From: Escherichia phage vB_EcoM_EP57
Strand: one strand, 5' to 3'
Sequence record: OR544956
Length of the DNA: 64,000 bases
The translations under genes were made by a program, and so were the position numbers. Within the stretch, counting starts at the first letter, position 1; each line of letters opens with the position of its first letter. The notes beneath the pieces were generated by a model. That model worked only from the letters and a program-made list of their open reading frames with translations. It was not told where the DNA came from and ran no database searches. Positions 1 to 9,425 of the stretch are shown here, piece by piece.

Positions 1-55
1 ACCCAAAGCCATGCCGCGAAAAGAACAACAATAACAATTACCAAGAAACTAAACA

Positions 56-370
56 CTATTGGCATTGCACATCCTCCTGTGTAGCATGATCTTTTACCCA
101 TTTTATACGGGCAGCATTCAAATGCAATAGCCCGTTTCTTTGTGCAAAATCATATTTAAACCAGTCTCCGTCATCAAACGGGTATTCTTCAGACAACCCT
201 GCTTCTCGAAATTGCATTTGCATTTCATAATTTAGATCATCGTAACCACCAGTCCAAAGGTAGAGGCAACTACATAATCCTTTATCATGCCAGAAAGGAT
301 TATTATCTGGAGCACCAGCTAACAGCCAGTTATGATATGCTTGATAAAATTCTTTAAGTTCTTCTGACAT
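56..370 (-). CDS. hypothetical early protein (104 aa)
   Basis: ORF on block coding strand; GGAGG RBS; coupled to upstream small ORF. Confidence 0.6.
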   Translation of the reverse strand: MSEELKEFYQAYHNWLLAGAPDNNPFWHDKGLCSCLYLWTGGYDDLNYEMQMQFREAGLSEEYPFDDGDWFKYDFAQRNGLLHLNAARIKWVKDHATQEDVQCQ

Positions 371-547
371 TTAACCTCCTGTATGCAGTGTTGCAAGATA
401 CACAGCAAAAGCATTCTCGGCTGTTTTCACCTCCTCTTCAAGATCTTCACGCTCTGCTGGCGTTAATGCATTCCGCACAGCAGCGTCTGCTTCTCGGATT
501 TTTCTTACTAAACGTGAAACATCTTTCAGTTGTTGAAAAGTAGCCAT
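371..547 (-). CDS. small hypothetical protein (58 aa)
   Basis: hand-found ORF, ATG with GGAGAAAG RBS, stop abuts next gene. Confidence 0.35.
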   Translation of the reverse strand: MATFQQLKDVSRLVRKIREADAAVRNALTPAEREDLEEEVKTAENAFAVYLATLHTGG

Positions 548-561
548 AATCTTTCTCCTGT

Positions 562-798
562 TTAGTCAAACCAGTTGTATTCGGAAGGGTAACGAGCGTA
601 GTTTGGCTTATACCCCAGCCTTTTCATCTTAACAGACATACGAGTGAAGCCAAAGGTTGTTTTGCCCTTAGACATAAACTTCTTCCCACTCTTCATTGGC
701 TTCTTAGGGTCTTTGATCGTCTGGTGTAACGCTCGCGCAAGCCACAAAGTGTATGCGCTCGGCACTTGATTAACTTTCATCTTGTTACCTTTCATCAT
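562..798 (-). CDS. hypothetical basic protein (78 aa)
   Basis: ORF 562..813 trimmed to ATG with GAGGTGA RBS; ATGA overlap with upstream gene. Confidence 0.5.
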   Translation of the reverse strand: MMKGNKMKVNQVPSAYTLWLARALHQTIKDPKKPMKSGKKFMSKGKTTFGFTRMSVKMKRLGYKPNYARYPSEYNWFD

Positions 799-1094
799 TT
801 CACCTCGGACCAATCAATAGTGATCCACTCGTATGCCCCGTTCAGATCCATTTCTTTATAAACAATAAGCCCACGCTCACGAAGAATTGCTACTGCTTCA
901 TCCATCCACTTCACCTGATTGTAGATCGCCCCTGGGTGGGTGGGGGAATTATCCAGACCAAAATCAGATGGTGTGAAATTTCTTGAAGAATTCCCCGCTC
1001 GTGCTTCAGCAAAACATGTCTCGATCACTTCTTCAACAGGGAAGTTGAAGGAAGCTTCTTTTGCAATACGGCGTAACTGTTCGGTCAGATTCAT
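795..1094 (-). CDS. hypothetical protein (99 aa)
   Basis: ORF, strand-consistent. Confidence 0.55.
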   Translation of the reverse strand: MNLTEQLRRIAKEASFNFPVEEVIETCFAEARAGNSSRNFTPSDFGLDNSPTHPGAIYNQVKWMDEAVAILRERGLIVYKEMDLNGAYEWITIDWSEVK

Positions 1095-1121
1095 CTTATT
1101 CTCCTTTCGTTGTGCGAAACA

Positions 1122-1559
1122 TTATAACAGATCTAATGCTTTCAATTCTTCTTTCAATGATTCAGGCAGGTCACATTCAATGTCAATCAGAGATAACAAG
1201 TGACCAACAATGCCTTCCAGATGTTGATACTCACTATAACTTATAAATTCAGAATTGTAAACAGAAACATCCTTAGTTTCTTTCACAACTTCCCCCGCAG
1301 ACACGCACATAAAAAAGTTACGCTCTCCGCGAGCTAACAATATCTCCCAACTCCTGAACGGATACTGTCCAGCTTCAATAATATCCCCGCTGTCCAATAA
1401 AGTCAATGAGCAAACAGACCCTGATTCACTAACATCTTCGACGCGGAAACAAGACCCTTCAATCAAAGCTGCCATTTTGAAATTTTCATCAGAGATCATA
1501 GAGAAAGCTTCACGGGCAGCTTTAGTTTTGAAACAGTAAACAGCATTAACTTTAAACAT
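1122..1559 (-). CDS. hypothetical protein (145 aa)
   Basis: ORF, strand-consistent. Confidence 0.6.
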   Translation of the reverse strand: MFKVNAVYCFKTKAAREAFSMISDENFKMAALIEGSCFRVEDVSESGSVCSLTLLDSGDIIEAGQYPFRSWEILLARGERNFFMCVSAGEVVKETKDVSVYNSEFISYSEYQHLEGIVGHLLSLIDIECDLPESLKEELKALDLL

Positions 1560-1571
1560 AACATTCCCCTT

Positions 1572-1985
1572 TTAAACAAAAGATACGCCGATGGTAGCAA
1601 CAACCAAACGTTTATAAACTTCAACCTCTTCTGTAGGATTAGCCATTTTATGCTCTGCTGCTTCTTTCAAAGCTTCTTCATAACTTTCAAATCCAGAAAT
1701 ACAGGTGTCACCAGTCATTACAACATACCACTCTTCTTTTGTTGTATCAACAGGTTCTTCTTGGGGTTTTCCACGACCACCACGAACACCGCCGTCAACA
1801 AAATAATCTATATGAGCAGAATTGATTATGTAACGATCCCCATCGCCAGCAGTGATAATACCGTCTCTCATACCTATTACAACCATTGACAAGATATTAC
1901 CATTTGCATCAGTGCTCAACACCTCGAAAAAATTCTCTCCAATGATAGCCGCAATACTGTTATCAAAGGTAGAATATAGTCGCAT
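1572..1985 (-). CDS. hypothetical protein (137 aa)
   Basis: ORF, RBS AGGATGAGG. Confidence 0.6.
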   Translation of the reverse strand: MRLYSTFDNSIAAIIGENFFEVLSTDANGNILSMVVIGMRDGIITAGDGDRYIINSAHIDYFVDGGVRGGRGKPQEEPVDTTKEEWYVVMTGDTCISGFESYEEALKEAAEHKMANPTEEVEVYKRLVVATIGVSFV

Positions 1986-2104
1986 ATAATCCTCATCCTG
2001 GAAACGGTAGACATGTCTCCTCCTAGTTCATCATACCATTTCAAAGCGTCTTTTGGAAGCATACCAAAATCTTCTTTTAGTTCTTTTTCAATCTCTTCTT
2101 TGTC

Positions 2105-2344
2105 TCATTTTCTACCTCCCCATAATGCTAACATTTTATTGAAAATGGAAACGCGTCGTGCGCGAGATGCAACCGGATTCCCTCGGAAGTATTCGTTAAT
2201 GAAATCGATAACACACGTTTCACTGCCTGTCACAACGGACGGCTTAAAGTTTTGGAATTCTACAGCTACACGGCTGGCTTTAGCCAGTGCTTGCACACGT
2301 GTAGGATCAGTCAAGAACATTGTGACAGTTTTCAAATTCTTCAT
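2105..2344 (-). CDS. hypothetical protein (79 aa)
   Basis: ORF with GAGGAGATGAA RBS. Confidence 0.5.
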   Translation of the reverse strand: MKNLKTVTMFLTDPTRVQALAKASRVAVEFQNFKPSVVTGSETCVIDFINEYFRGNPVASRARRVSIFNKMLALWGGRK

Positions 2345-2569
2345 TTCATCTCCTCATTTATTCAATGCAAGCATTATTTGCATGACAATCTCCTCTCATC
2401 GTTAGCCATCTTTCATGGCAATCATCAATCACCAACATCATACGATCAATCTCAGGGAATTACAATCGAATTATCATAGGGGATTCCTATCAATTATCCC
2501 ATATATACCGATTATTTTTGACACCCCACTCTTGTATAAAAAGTAACCCAAAATATCTACGGGGAGAGA

Positions 2570-2764
2570 TTATTTCGACACACCCTGTTTCATGGCAATC
2601 ATGGCAAGAATATCTAATAGAATCAATATCATATGGCAAAAATCATGACGCATACGTAAGAAGTGCTTAACGCGAATTTTCGGGCCGTCAGGTCCACGCA
2701 GCGACAATTCCCAAATATCATGCGAATGAGAATAATTATCATTCGTATTCAATGACTTATGCAA
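2570..2764 (-). CDS. hypothetical protein (64 aa)
   Basis: ORF only; weak support. Confidence 0.3.
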   Translation of the reverse strand: MHKSLNTNDNYSHSHDIWELSLRGPDGPKIRVKHFLRMRHDFCHMILILLDILAMIAMKQGVSK

Positions 2765-3787
2765 GGCTCATGCCAACATAGCGACAAGGTGGGCCACCTG
2801 ATTATAAATCACACAAACACTTATTTATCAATGGCTTGGCAACTTCATCATATGACGGAACAATGTCAACTGATCCCGCTCATGACAAACGGACTATTAT
2901 TTATATGAGAATGATTATTATTTAAACGTTTATTAACATAAAAGCCAAAATAAATCAAGAATTTTCTGATTTTATTTACGTTTAAGAGAACTTGCTCAAC
3001 ATATCGCTACGCGATAGTATTCGCCCCCCATGCTAATGATCTCATCTTGTAATTACCACAATGATTATTGTTATTGCGCTAATGTTATGATCTTGGTAAT
3101 TACATATAATGCTAATAATAAGCCAGCGCAATAAGTGTAAGCGTCATTACGCTTGCAATTATTGCAAGCTACGCAGTAACAAGAAATAACCATCACCGAT
3201 GGTTATGATTGTTGGGGTGTAGTTGGCTTATTATTAGCTCGCTATGTGTCCGGCATAGCGTGCTAATGATGACTCTGTGAATGATTCGTTTTGTAATGAT
3301 TTCATTTAGGCACTATTATGGTAATAGTTATTATTTTAATGGTTTCGTTTGTTATTGTTCGTTAGTTGGTTGTTTTGTCGTGTTATCGTTATCTTGTTTA
3401 GTATTCATCATGGTTTGATTGTTTGTTGTTATCAATCATCTTGCTATTATTCCTTTGATTATGATTAGTTTGCTTATTGTTTTAGGTTGTTGGTTAGTTA
3501 GTTGTTGCGAACTATTATCAACATTATAGTTATGCACTTATATTGCATAGATAAACATGGATAGATGATAATGGTTATCATTGCACTAGAAAGGAGGTAA
3601 AAGGGTGTTTTTGATGGTTTGTTGTTGGTTGTTGATCGATTTTAACCGCTATAAATGGCTCTCTAACAGCCTGTTACCCTGGGAGGTATGGTTATTCGTT
3701 TAATGGTTGATTAGCTTGATACCGCTATTTATTCAGTTTTGTTCTGTGTCGGTTTTCCATAGGCGGAATCTATCAACATTATTCAGG

Positions 3788-3815
3788 CAAAAAGAAAGGG
3801 CGCTTGGTGCGCCCC
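3788..3815 (-). terminator. rho-independent terminator
   Basis: hairpin GGGCGC-TTGGT-GCGCCC followed on minus strand by CTTTCTTTTT; downstream of 3831..4250. Confidence 0.6.
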
Positions 3816-3830
3816 TTGTTTTGTTGTCAA

Positions 3831-4250
3831 TTATAACGCTTCATAGATTGAGTAGATCCGGTTTGCCAGGTCATTACGAAAGCGGAATTTTTCATCACGT
3901 TTGATCATCAGATCCTTAAAACCACATTCTTTCAAGGCTTCATTAACTTTATGGCGGCAAACGTTCATATTATCTTGCGCGTCACCAATAAACTTATTAC
4001 TGTGATGCATTGCTTTGATCTCTTCCTCTAATACCAGGGCAACTACACGGATCGGATCAAGCTGATATGCGGTAACATCCATGCGGCATTGTAAACGGCT
4101 TTTAACATCGTTTACCGGATATACTGCAACCTCTTCCCCGTCAACGTTCACGATAACCAATTTACCATCGATTTCGAAGCCTTTGGCGGCGCTACCGTGA
4201 CAAAAAGCATTATCGAAGGAGTAAGCTGGATTATTTGATTTAATGTTCAT
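3831..4250 (-). CDS. hypothetical protein (139 aa)
   Basis: ORF, strand-consistent. Confidence 0.6.
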   Translation of the reverse strand: MNIKSNNPAYSFDNAFCHGSAAKGFEIDGKLVIVNVDGEEVAVYPVNDVKSRLQCRMDVTAYQLDPIRVVALVLEEEIKAMHHSNKFIGDAQDNMNVCRHKVNEALKECGFKDLMIKRDEKFRFRNDLANRIYSIYEAL

Positions 4251-4359
4251 GGTGTTGTCCTTTGTTTCGTTTCGTTGTTTGCTGCCAGTGAGTTAAATAT
4301 AATATAACGCCGATCCCCTGTCAATAGGGGATAGCGCATTATTTACATTTCTTTACGTT

Positions 4360-4380
4360 AAAGGGCGCTTGGTGCGCCCC
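4360..4380 (-). terminator. hairpin, possible terminator
   Basis: same GGGCGC..GCGCCC hairpin as 3798-3815, weaker U-tract. Confidence 0.4.
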
Positions 4381-4390
4381 TTGTATAATC

Positions 4391-4759
4391 TTACTTTGTG
4401 CGGTTGTGAACGTTATCGCGTTCAACCATCAGGGCAAGGCGGATCAGTTGATCAGTTGTATCGCGTAAATTGTCGGGCCATGTTTTACTGTTCCAGCTAT
4501 CCATGTTTGATTGTATATAGGTTTCAATGGCTTGATCCATATTATCAAACAAGTTTTCCTCCAGGCTCTCGGCTGTTTCACACTGGAAAGCATTAGCGAC
4601 ACTATTAATCAATAAGCAAGCCAGTAAATCAGCATTACGCCAATTTTTACGGATAGTTTCATCTGTCAGATAACCAACGAGATTAACCTTTGCGCCAGTG
4701 GTTGACGTTGCGATAACTTCTTGTGCTTTTTCAAGTGCTTTAATTGCTGATTTGCTCAT
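4391..4759 (-). CDS. hypothetical protein (122 aa)
   Basis: ORF, strand-consistent. Confidence 0.6.
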   Translation of the reverse strand: MSKSAIKALEKAQEVIATSTTGAKVNLVGYLTDETIRKNWRNADLLACLLINSVANAFQCETAESLEENLFDNMDQAIETYIQSNMDSWNSKTWPDNLRDTTDQLIRLALMVERDNVHNRTK

Positions 4760-4837
4760 TTTATTTTCCTCTTTGTGGGCTTGCTGTATTGCTCGCCCTA
4801 CGCAATAACTATAAGTTAACAGGAGCTATAAAGCAAG

Positions 4838-5071
4838 TTATTTTTTATAAAATTTTTCTGCTGTGATATTCTTCCCAGTAGGCTTAACCACTTGCAAGAT
4901 CTTATCATGTGCCGAACGTCCAAAAGAGTAAGATCCGTACACGGTAAACCAATAATCCCCGTTCGGTTGAACGGTTACGGCGGCGTACGGTGTACCTCTT
5001 TCATTATCCCCGATAAAGTGAGAAACATTACCGTTAACATTTGGTTTAGTGCTTTTAATTTGTTCGATCAT
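4838..5071 (-). CDS. hypothetical protein (77 aa)
   Basis: ORF, strand-consistent. Confidence 0.55.
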   Translation of the reverse strand: MIEQIKSTKPNVNGNVSHFIGDNERGTPYAAVTVQPNGDYWFTVYGSYSFGRSAHDKILQVVKPTGKNITAEKFYKK

Positions 5072-5090
5072 GATATGACTCCTAAATCAG

Positions 5091-5148
5091 GCGGGAAACA
5101 TTCCCGCCCTACGTGATAAATAATAATGTAAGCGTGATCCGGTGTCAA
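5091..5148 (-). promoter_or_regulatory. early promoter + 5' hairpin cassette (PeSL-like)
   Basis: minus-strand TTGACA, -10, then hairpin gcgggaaacattcccgcc just upstream of next ORF. Confidence 0.55.
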
Positions 5149-5324
5149 TAGGTAGGATTGTAAAGATTTGATAGTTTATTCCTTTGATGTTTTGTTATTT
5201 GATAGGCGTTAGTTATCAATATATAGCGGGGTCTTCCGGTGATTATCTTCCCCTGTTTCCAGGTGCCGCCCGTTCAATAAGCATAACAAAAAACAGGACA
5301 AAAGCAAGCCCTGTTTTGTAAAGA

Positions 5325-5516
5325 TTAGATCTCGTCACCTATATAATCAGATCTGTTCTTCTCTGTCATACGCTTAAACAATTCTTGCATATGGCTTATA
5401 GCTTGCAATGTGTCTTCTTCCAGACTTGAATCAACATAATCAGGATCATTCTTTACCTTGCTATGGTTGTGATAGCGCAACGCTGCTAATACCTTTCTAA
5501 CTTGTTCTGTATTCAT
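5325..5516 (-). CDS. hypothetical protein (63 aa)
   Basis: ORF. Confidence 0.45.
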   Translation of the reverse strand: MNTEQVRKVLAALRYHNHSKVKNDPDYVDSSLEEDTLQAISHMQELFKRMTEKNRSDYIGDEI

Positions 5517-5664
5517 TTTATTATTCCTTAAAACCAGGTGCCAACCGTTTCCAATAGGTCACTGACTACCAGGACAACATTGATCAGCACATATTCAACC
5601 ATGAAAGGGATAAGCGCCAGTGTCACTACTATGATCCCCATTGTGATGATTACCTTTCTCATGG

Positions 5665-5949
5665 TTAGCGGTTTACGTGGGCTTTACCGTTTACGGTCAT
5701 CGGTATGGCCTCAAGGTCTGGATCTTCCTTAAGGTCGCGTGAAAGCTCACCGCAGCGGATACCCTCGAATCCGTAGTACTCTGTTGTGCCGTCCTGGAAA
5801 GTTTTAGCGGCAAGGCATAGGCGATAATTAACACCGATCCGGTTTACCGCGTTGATATCGGTTAACGTGATGGATTTAGGCAACTCCTTAGCCATTACAG
5901 GCGCGTTAATACCAACAACCAGGGCAACTACTGCGATCATCTTTTTCAT
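5665..5949 (-). CDS. secreted hypothetical protein (94 aa)
   Basis: N-terminal signal peptide MKKMIAVVALVVGINAPVMA. Confidence 0.55.
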   Translation of the reverse strand: MKKMIAVVALVVGINAPVMAKELPKSITLTDINAVNRIGVNYRLCLAAKTFQDGTTEYYGFEGIRCGELSRDLKEDPDLEAIPMTVNGKAHVNR

Positions 5950-6003
5950 GTGTCTATCCTCTTCCTATTGCGTTTAATAGGGCGTTACCGCCCTGCTTAA
6001 AGT

Positions 6004-6240
6004 TTATTGATTGATGTTATAATGAAAGTTATTTTCTTCAATAGCTTTTAAAATAAAAGCTGTGATCGCTTTCGTGTCTACTTGTTCGAACGTATCAGAA
6101 TAGCACCAATAATAATCATCCCCTACTTTCGGCGGGTAAACCTGGACAAGGAGATCGCCACCTGGTTGATCTATAAGCTCAACATGCAAGCCGGATGATT
6201 CAGCGGTTTTAACGGCGGTTAATACTGTTGCAATACTCAT
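6004..6240 (-). CDS. hypothetical protein (78 aa)
   Basis: ORF. Confidence 0.55.
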   Translation of the reverse strand: MSIATVLTAVKTAESSGLHVELIDQPGGDLLVQVYPPKVGDDYYWCYSDTFEQVDTKAITAFILKAIEENNFHYNINQ

Positions 6241-6284
6241 AATCTTTTCCTTTCTGATGTGGGGCGTTGCCGCCCCTTTGTTGA

Positions 6285-6584
6285 TTAGATCGCTGTTTCC
6301 AGTAGTTCGGCTAACGTCTTACCGCCTGATAGTTGGTCTAACGTTTGCTCTTCTGGCAAGAAATTAGCTGATATTAACCCGACTTGATTCCCTTTGTGCC
6401 AATTAGCTTGACGGATGATTCCATCCTTTAAGGATTTTACCGCCATTGTGCAACCGTCGCCAAATGATTCATTTTTATGATCCATCACTTCATAAGCGCC
6501 CAGTTTGCTGCTGTTAGGCACCATTAACGCGAATACATCACCAACAACCAGTTTTTCTACGGTAACAATAGCGATAGTTTCCAT
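6285..6584 (-). CDS. hypothetical protein (99 aa)
   Basis: ORF; RBS GAGGAAA after hairpin. Confidence 0.6.
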   Translation of the reverse strand: METIAIVTVEKLVVGDVFALMVPNSSKLGAYEVMDHKNESFGDGCTMAVKSLKDGIIRQANWHKGNQVGLISANFLPEEQTLDQLSGGKTLAELLETAI

Positions 6585-6602
6585 TTTGTTTTCCTCATTA
6601 TC

Positions 6603-6659
6603 GGCGGCACCATTGCCGCCCTACGTGGTAAATAATACCATATTGGGGATCGGTGTCAA
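6603..6659 (-). promoter_or_regulatory. early promoter + 5' hairpin cassette (PeSL-like)
   Basis: TTGACA-N17-TATTAT then hairpin ggcggcaccattgccgcc. Confidence 0.6.
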
Positions 6660-6665
6660 TACTTT

Positions 6666-7052
6666 TTATTCAATATAAATCAAATTATCTTCACCGATGT
6701 AAGCCGACACGTTCGGCATAAACTTAGCTGCATTGGTTAGGCGGTTGGCGGTGTTAGTGGTGTATATTTCAGTGCGATCCCAAAAGCCTACGCCGTGACC
6801 GTTACGGGTAAAATGTAAATCATTCCCGATCTGGTTGGCTGTAGCGCCGTCGCTCATCGCCTCAGAGATAGCGGCATCATTGGCATCACAAAACGCCGCA
6901 ACGTCACGAATGATCCGTTGATGGGCTTGATCTGAAAATTCATAATCAGTCATGTCATCTATAAAATTACCTTCATGATCCCTTGCTGATTCAGCAAAAA
7001 TAAAGGCTTCTTTATAGCCGTTGATGATTTCAATAATGATTTCTGTTTTCAT
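6666..7052 (-). CDS. hypothetical protein (128 aa)
   Basis: ORF. Confidence 0.6.
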   Translation of the reverse strand: MKTEIIIEIINGYKEAFIFAESARDHEGNFIDDMTDYEFSDQAHQRIIRDVAAFCDANDAAISEAMSDGATANQIGNDLHFTRNGHGVGFWDRTEIYTTNTANRLTNAAKFMPNVSAYIGEDNLIYIE

Positions 7053-7273
7053 GCTGTACGCTCGACAATAATAATAGTTTGCGGGATCTCGTTTTCTACT
7101 ACTAACAAGGCTTTTTTCTGTGTAATAGATATTTTAACACGTTGTAAAGTAGCGGTGAAATCTTTCATTTCATTATGCGCGGACTTCGTGCAATGCCAGA
7201 TCTCAGGCTTACCAACTTGTAAGCCGCGTAAAAATTCCGTTTTGCCTGTTTTGTTCGTGATCATTTGTTTCAC
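7049..7273 (-). CDS. hypothetical protein (74 aa)
   Basis: ORF, ATGA coupling. Confidence 0.5.
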   Translation of the reverse strand: MKQMITNKTGKTEFLRGLQVGKPEIWHCTKSAHNEMKDFTATLQRVKISITQKKALLVVENEIPQTIIIVERTA

Positions 7274-7274
7274 C

Positions 7275-7379
7275 TTAACCGATACCGTGGGAAGATAGGA
7301 TCATGTTAGCCATAGTTGCAACCACTCCAACCGATAACGCCAGGCCAACCACTGCAACCGTGAAAATTTTCTCTAACAT
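7275..7379 (-). CDS. small hydrophobic peptide (34 aa)
   Basis: table ORF 7275..7478 trimmed to ATG after GAGGG RBS; longer form would translate the hairpin. Confidence 0.3.
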   Translation of the reverse strand: MLEKIFTVAVVGLALSVGVVATMANMILSSHGIG

Positions 7380-7398
7380 GATTCTACCCTCATTAGTA

Positions 7399-7459
7399 GG
7401 CGTTGCACCATTGCCCCGCCCTACGTAATACACTTTACTAGATAACAAATTATTGTCAA
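7399..7459 (-). promoter_or_regulatory. early promoter + 5' hairpin cassette (PeSL-like)
   Basis: TTGACA and imperfect hairpin ggcgttgcaccattgccccgcc. Confidence 0.45.
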
Positions 7460-7462
7460 GCT

Positions 7463-7600
7463 TTATTTTACTTCCCAAACGGAAAATTCGCTGCCTGTTG
7501 GGATCATCTTTTTAATCTTGTTTGCTGCCGCTACCAGGTCAACGGCTTGCACTGTAATAATATAACCAATTGTCGAGGCTGTTGCGTTGAAAGTTTTCAT
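7463..7600 (-). CDS. small hypothetical protein (45 aa)
   Basis: hand-found ORF with AAGGGTAATATA RBS. Confidence 0.35.
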   Translation of the reverse strand: MKTFNATASTIGYIITVQAVDLVAAANKIKKMIPTGSEFSVWEVK

Positions 7601-7620
7601 TATATTACCCTTTAATACAG

Positions 7621-7637
7621 GCGGGATTAATCCCGCC
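7621..7637 (-). promoter_or_regulatory. GC hairpin of the same family, no promoter
   Basis: ggcgggattaatcccgcc between two small ORFs. Confidence 0.4.
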
Positions 7638-7644
7638 TTGTTGA

Positions 7645-7815
7645 TTACTCTTCATCGTCGCCGTTATAGTATTCAATGCCGTTTTCATCGGTTACGGTGA
7701 TGTTAACGCCACCGATAGCAACACGATCACGGGCAAACGTCATAGCTTCATTTAAATCTTCAGACCAAAAAATATTGTGACCTTTGCGCGATACATAAAA
7801 CATAGTCGGGATCAT
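7645..7815 (-). CDS. hypothetical protein (56 aa)
   Basis: table ORF 7645..7899 trimmed to internal ATG downstream of hairpin. Confidence 0.45.
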   Translation of the reverse strand: MIPTMFYVSRKGHNIFWSEDLNEAMTFARDRVAIGGVNITVTDENGIEYYNGDDEE

Positions 7816-7836
7816 GATTTGTTTCTCTTCTGTTGT

Positions 7837-7899
7837 GAGCGGTGGACCATTCCGCCGCTCTATGTAATAAACTTTACTACGTTGTTTGCCTACTGTCAA
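7837..7899 (-). promoter_or_regulatory. early promoter + 5' hairpin cassette (PeSL-like)
   Basis: TTGACA then hairpin gagcggtggaccattccgccgctc. Confidence 0.55.
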
Positions 7900-7900
7900 A

Positions 7901-8185
7901 TTATTTTTTAATGTTTTGCCCTACAAAATTGATCACTTCCTTAAGCTGTTTCTCAGTCATGATCGTGCCTGGTAGTTCCTCTTTGATTTCTTCTGGTAAA
8001 TAGATATTACCGCGCCAGGTTAACAAACAACCGTTTTGATCTTCGCAGATAGAATAAGAAAACATCCACTCGCAATCATTTTCAAGCTCCCAAAAACACA
8101 AAAAGTCTTCTTTCCCTAAGTTTTCAACGGTTAAACATAATCCGCGACGTGCTGCATAATTAGTTAGGCTTTTTGTTATTTTCAT
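7901..8185 (-). CDS. hypothetical protein (94 aa)
   Basis: ORF trimmed to ATG downstream of hairpin. Confidence 0.55.
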   Translation of the reverse strand: MKITKSLTNYAARRGLCLTVENLGKEDFLCFWELENDCEWMFSYSICEDQNGCLLTWRGNIYLPEEIKEELPGTIMTEKQLKEVINFVGQNIKK

Positions 8186-8204
8186 GATTTTTCTCTCTTC
8201 TTGT

Positions 8205-8262
8205 GAGCGGCACCATTGCCGCCCTACAAGATACATATTATCAGACTAGGCGGACTTGTCAA
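8205..8262 (-). promoter_or_regulatory. early promoter + 5' hairpin cassette (PeSL-like)
   Basis: TTGACA-N16-TAATAT then hairpin gagcggcaccattgccgcc. Confidence 0.6.
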
Positions 8263-8263
8263 A

Positions 8264-8548
8264 CTATTTTTTCTTTTTCTTTGCTTCCAACCGTCTAAGG
8301 TTACGGCTTGACTTATTGCGCAAGGCGCTTAGATCGTCGTACCCTTTCCATGCTTGCATATCTTTCGGATTCATGTTATCCCCCTTATATTTGTTAGCCG
8401 GATTATATACCAGGACCGCGCCGCTTGCTTTCACGCTTTCCGCTTCATAGTTGCGCAGATCGTTTTCTGTAAGATTGAGCGCGATCACTTCCTCGACTTC
8501 AACGCCAGCGGCAAGGGCGATCTCTTTGATAATGTCTGTTATTTTCAT
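8264..8548 (-). CDS. hypothetical protein (94 aa)
   Basis: ORF trimmed to ATG with AAGGTG RBS. Confidence 0.55.
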   Translation of the reverse strand: MKITDIIKEIALAAGVEVEEVIALNLTENDLRNYEAESVKASGAVLVYNPANKYKGDNMNPKDMQAWKGYDDLSALRNKSSRNLRRLEAKKKKK

Positions 8549-8679
8549 GGTGTGCACCTTATAAGATGATTGATAAGATAGTGACAACGAAAGCGATTAT
8601 ACTGATGGCAAATGTCATCTTTTTTACCTTCGGATACTGCCGGATTCTCTACCGTGTATTCTACTGTGTACTTGCTCAT
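8545..8679 (-). CDS. small hypothetical protein (44 aa)
   Basis: hand-found ORF, GAGAGGA RBS, ATGA overlap with next gene. Confidence 0.3.
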   Translation of the reverse strand: MSKYTVEYTVENPAVSEGKKDDICHQYNRFRCHYLINHLIRCTP

Positions 8680-8702
8680 CGTGTAATCCTCTCGTTTGCT
8701 TT

Positions 8703-8759
8703 GGGAACTATTCCCGCCGCCCTATGAATTAAATATACACTATCTCAAAATGATTGCAA
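8703..8759 (-). promoter_or_regulatory. early promoter + 5' hairpin cassette (PeSL-like)
   Basis: TTGCAA-N16-TATATT then hairpin gggaactattccc. Confidence 0.5.
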
Positions 8760-8776
8760 GCCTTTTTCTAAATTAT

Positions 8777-9061
8777 TTATGCAGTAAACAAACCATCATT
8801 TACAACGGCGGCGATGATCTCCCGTGCCATTGATTCAGGGAAAGGGGCGCTATAGTCCTGGCTTGTCTCATCGGTATCAGTGATCCAATGATAAGCTAAC
8901 GAGTAAAAGCCTTTACTAACTGTTTTCAGTGAGATGATGATCACTCGGTCAAGCTTATTGGTGAATGTTGCCGTTAATGTGTTACCCTCCTGCGTCATGT
9001 TGGACAAGTAAGCGGGATCATTAATCAGGGAAAACATTAGCACGGTGTTAGCTTTACTCAT
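8777..9061 (-). CDS. hypothetical protein (94 aa)
   Basis: ORF trimmed to ATG downstream of hairpin. Confidence 0.55.
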   Translation of the reverse strand: MSKANTVLMFSLINDPAYLSNMTQEGNTLTATFTNKLDRVIIISLKTVSKGFYSLAYHWITDTDETSQDYSAPFPESMAREIIAAVVNDGLFTA

Positions 9062-9079
9062 GATTGCATCCTCAAAGGG

Positions 9080-9138
9080 GGCGCGGCACCATTGCCGCCC
9101 TACACGATAACTATAACACAATATAAAACAGGATCAAC
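9080..9138 (-). promoter_or_regulatory. early promoter + 5' hairpin cassette (PeSL-like)
   Basis: hairpin gcgcggcaccattgccgcc; weak -35. Confidence 0.45.
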
Positions 9139-9340
9139 CTTTATTTTTCCACGGTGTCAGCTTGTTAATCATTGGTGATAAATAGCGTTTACCAACGTAA
9201 AACAGCACGCCAACTGATGCAACGGCGGCGATCTCATGTAAGGAGGAAGGACGCGCGGTGTCATAGTAGGTACCGATAATAGCAATAGCGGCAACGGCTG
9301 CAACGTCGATAATGATTTTTTCTTGTTTTGCGGTGATCAT
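9134..9340 (-). CDS. small membrane protein (68 aa)
   Basis: hydrophobic segments. Confidence 0.5.
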   Translation of the reverse strand: MITAKQEKIIIDVAAVAAIAIIGTYYDTARPSSLHEIAAVASVGVLFYVGKRYLSPMINKLTPWKNKG

Positions 9341-9362
9341 AATATTTACCTTTTTGTATGGT

Positions 9363-9419
9363 GGGGAACTATTCCCCGCCTGATGTAATACAGTTTAACA
9401 GGTCCGGTTATGGTGTCAA
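9363..9419 (-). promoter_or_regulatory. early promoter + 5' hairpin cassette (PeSL-like)
   Basis: TTGACA then hairpin ggggaactattcccc. Confidence 0.55.
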
Positions 9420-9425
9420 CCACTT

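Noticed and set aside
2770-3830. tRNA or other structured RNA genes in the ORF-free region (also checked 15390-15600)
   Set aside because: No cloverleaf with a GTTCRA-type T-loop and matching acceptor stem could be built by eye; requires tRNAscan-type search to exclude fully.
7621-7637. Early GC hairpins as intrinsic terminators
   Set aside because: They lack a downstream U-tract on the transcribed strand and are followed by the RBS of the next gene; the distinct GGGCGC..GCGCCC hairpins with U-tracts are the real terminators.
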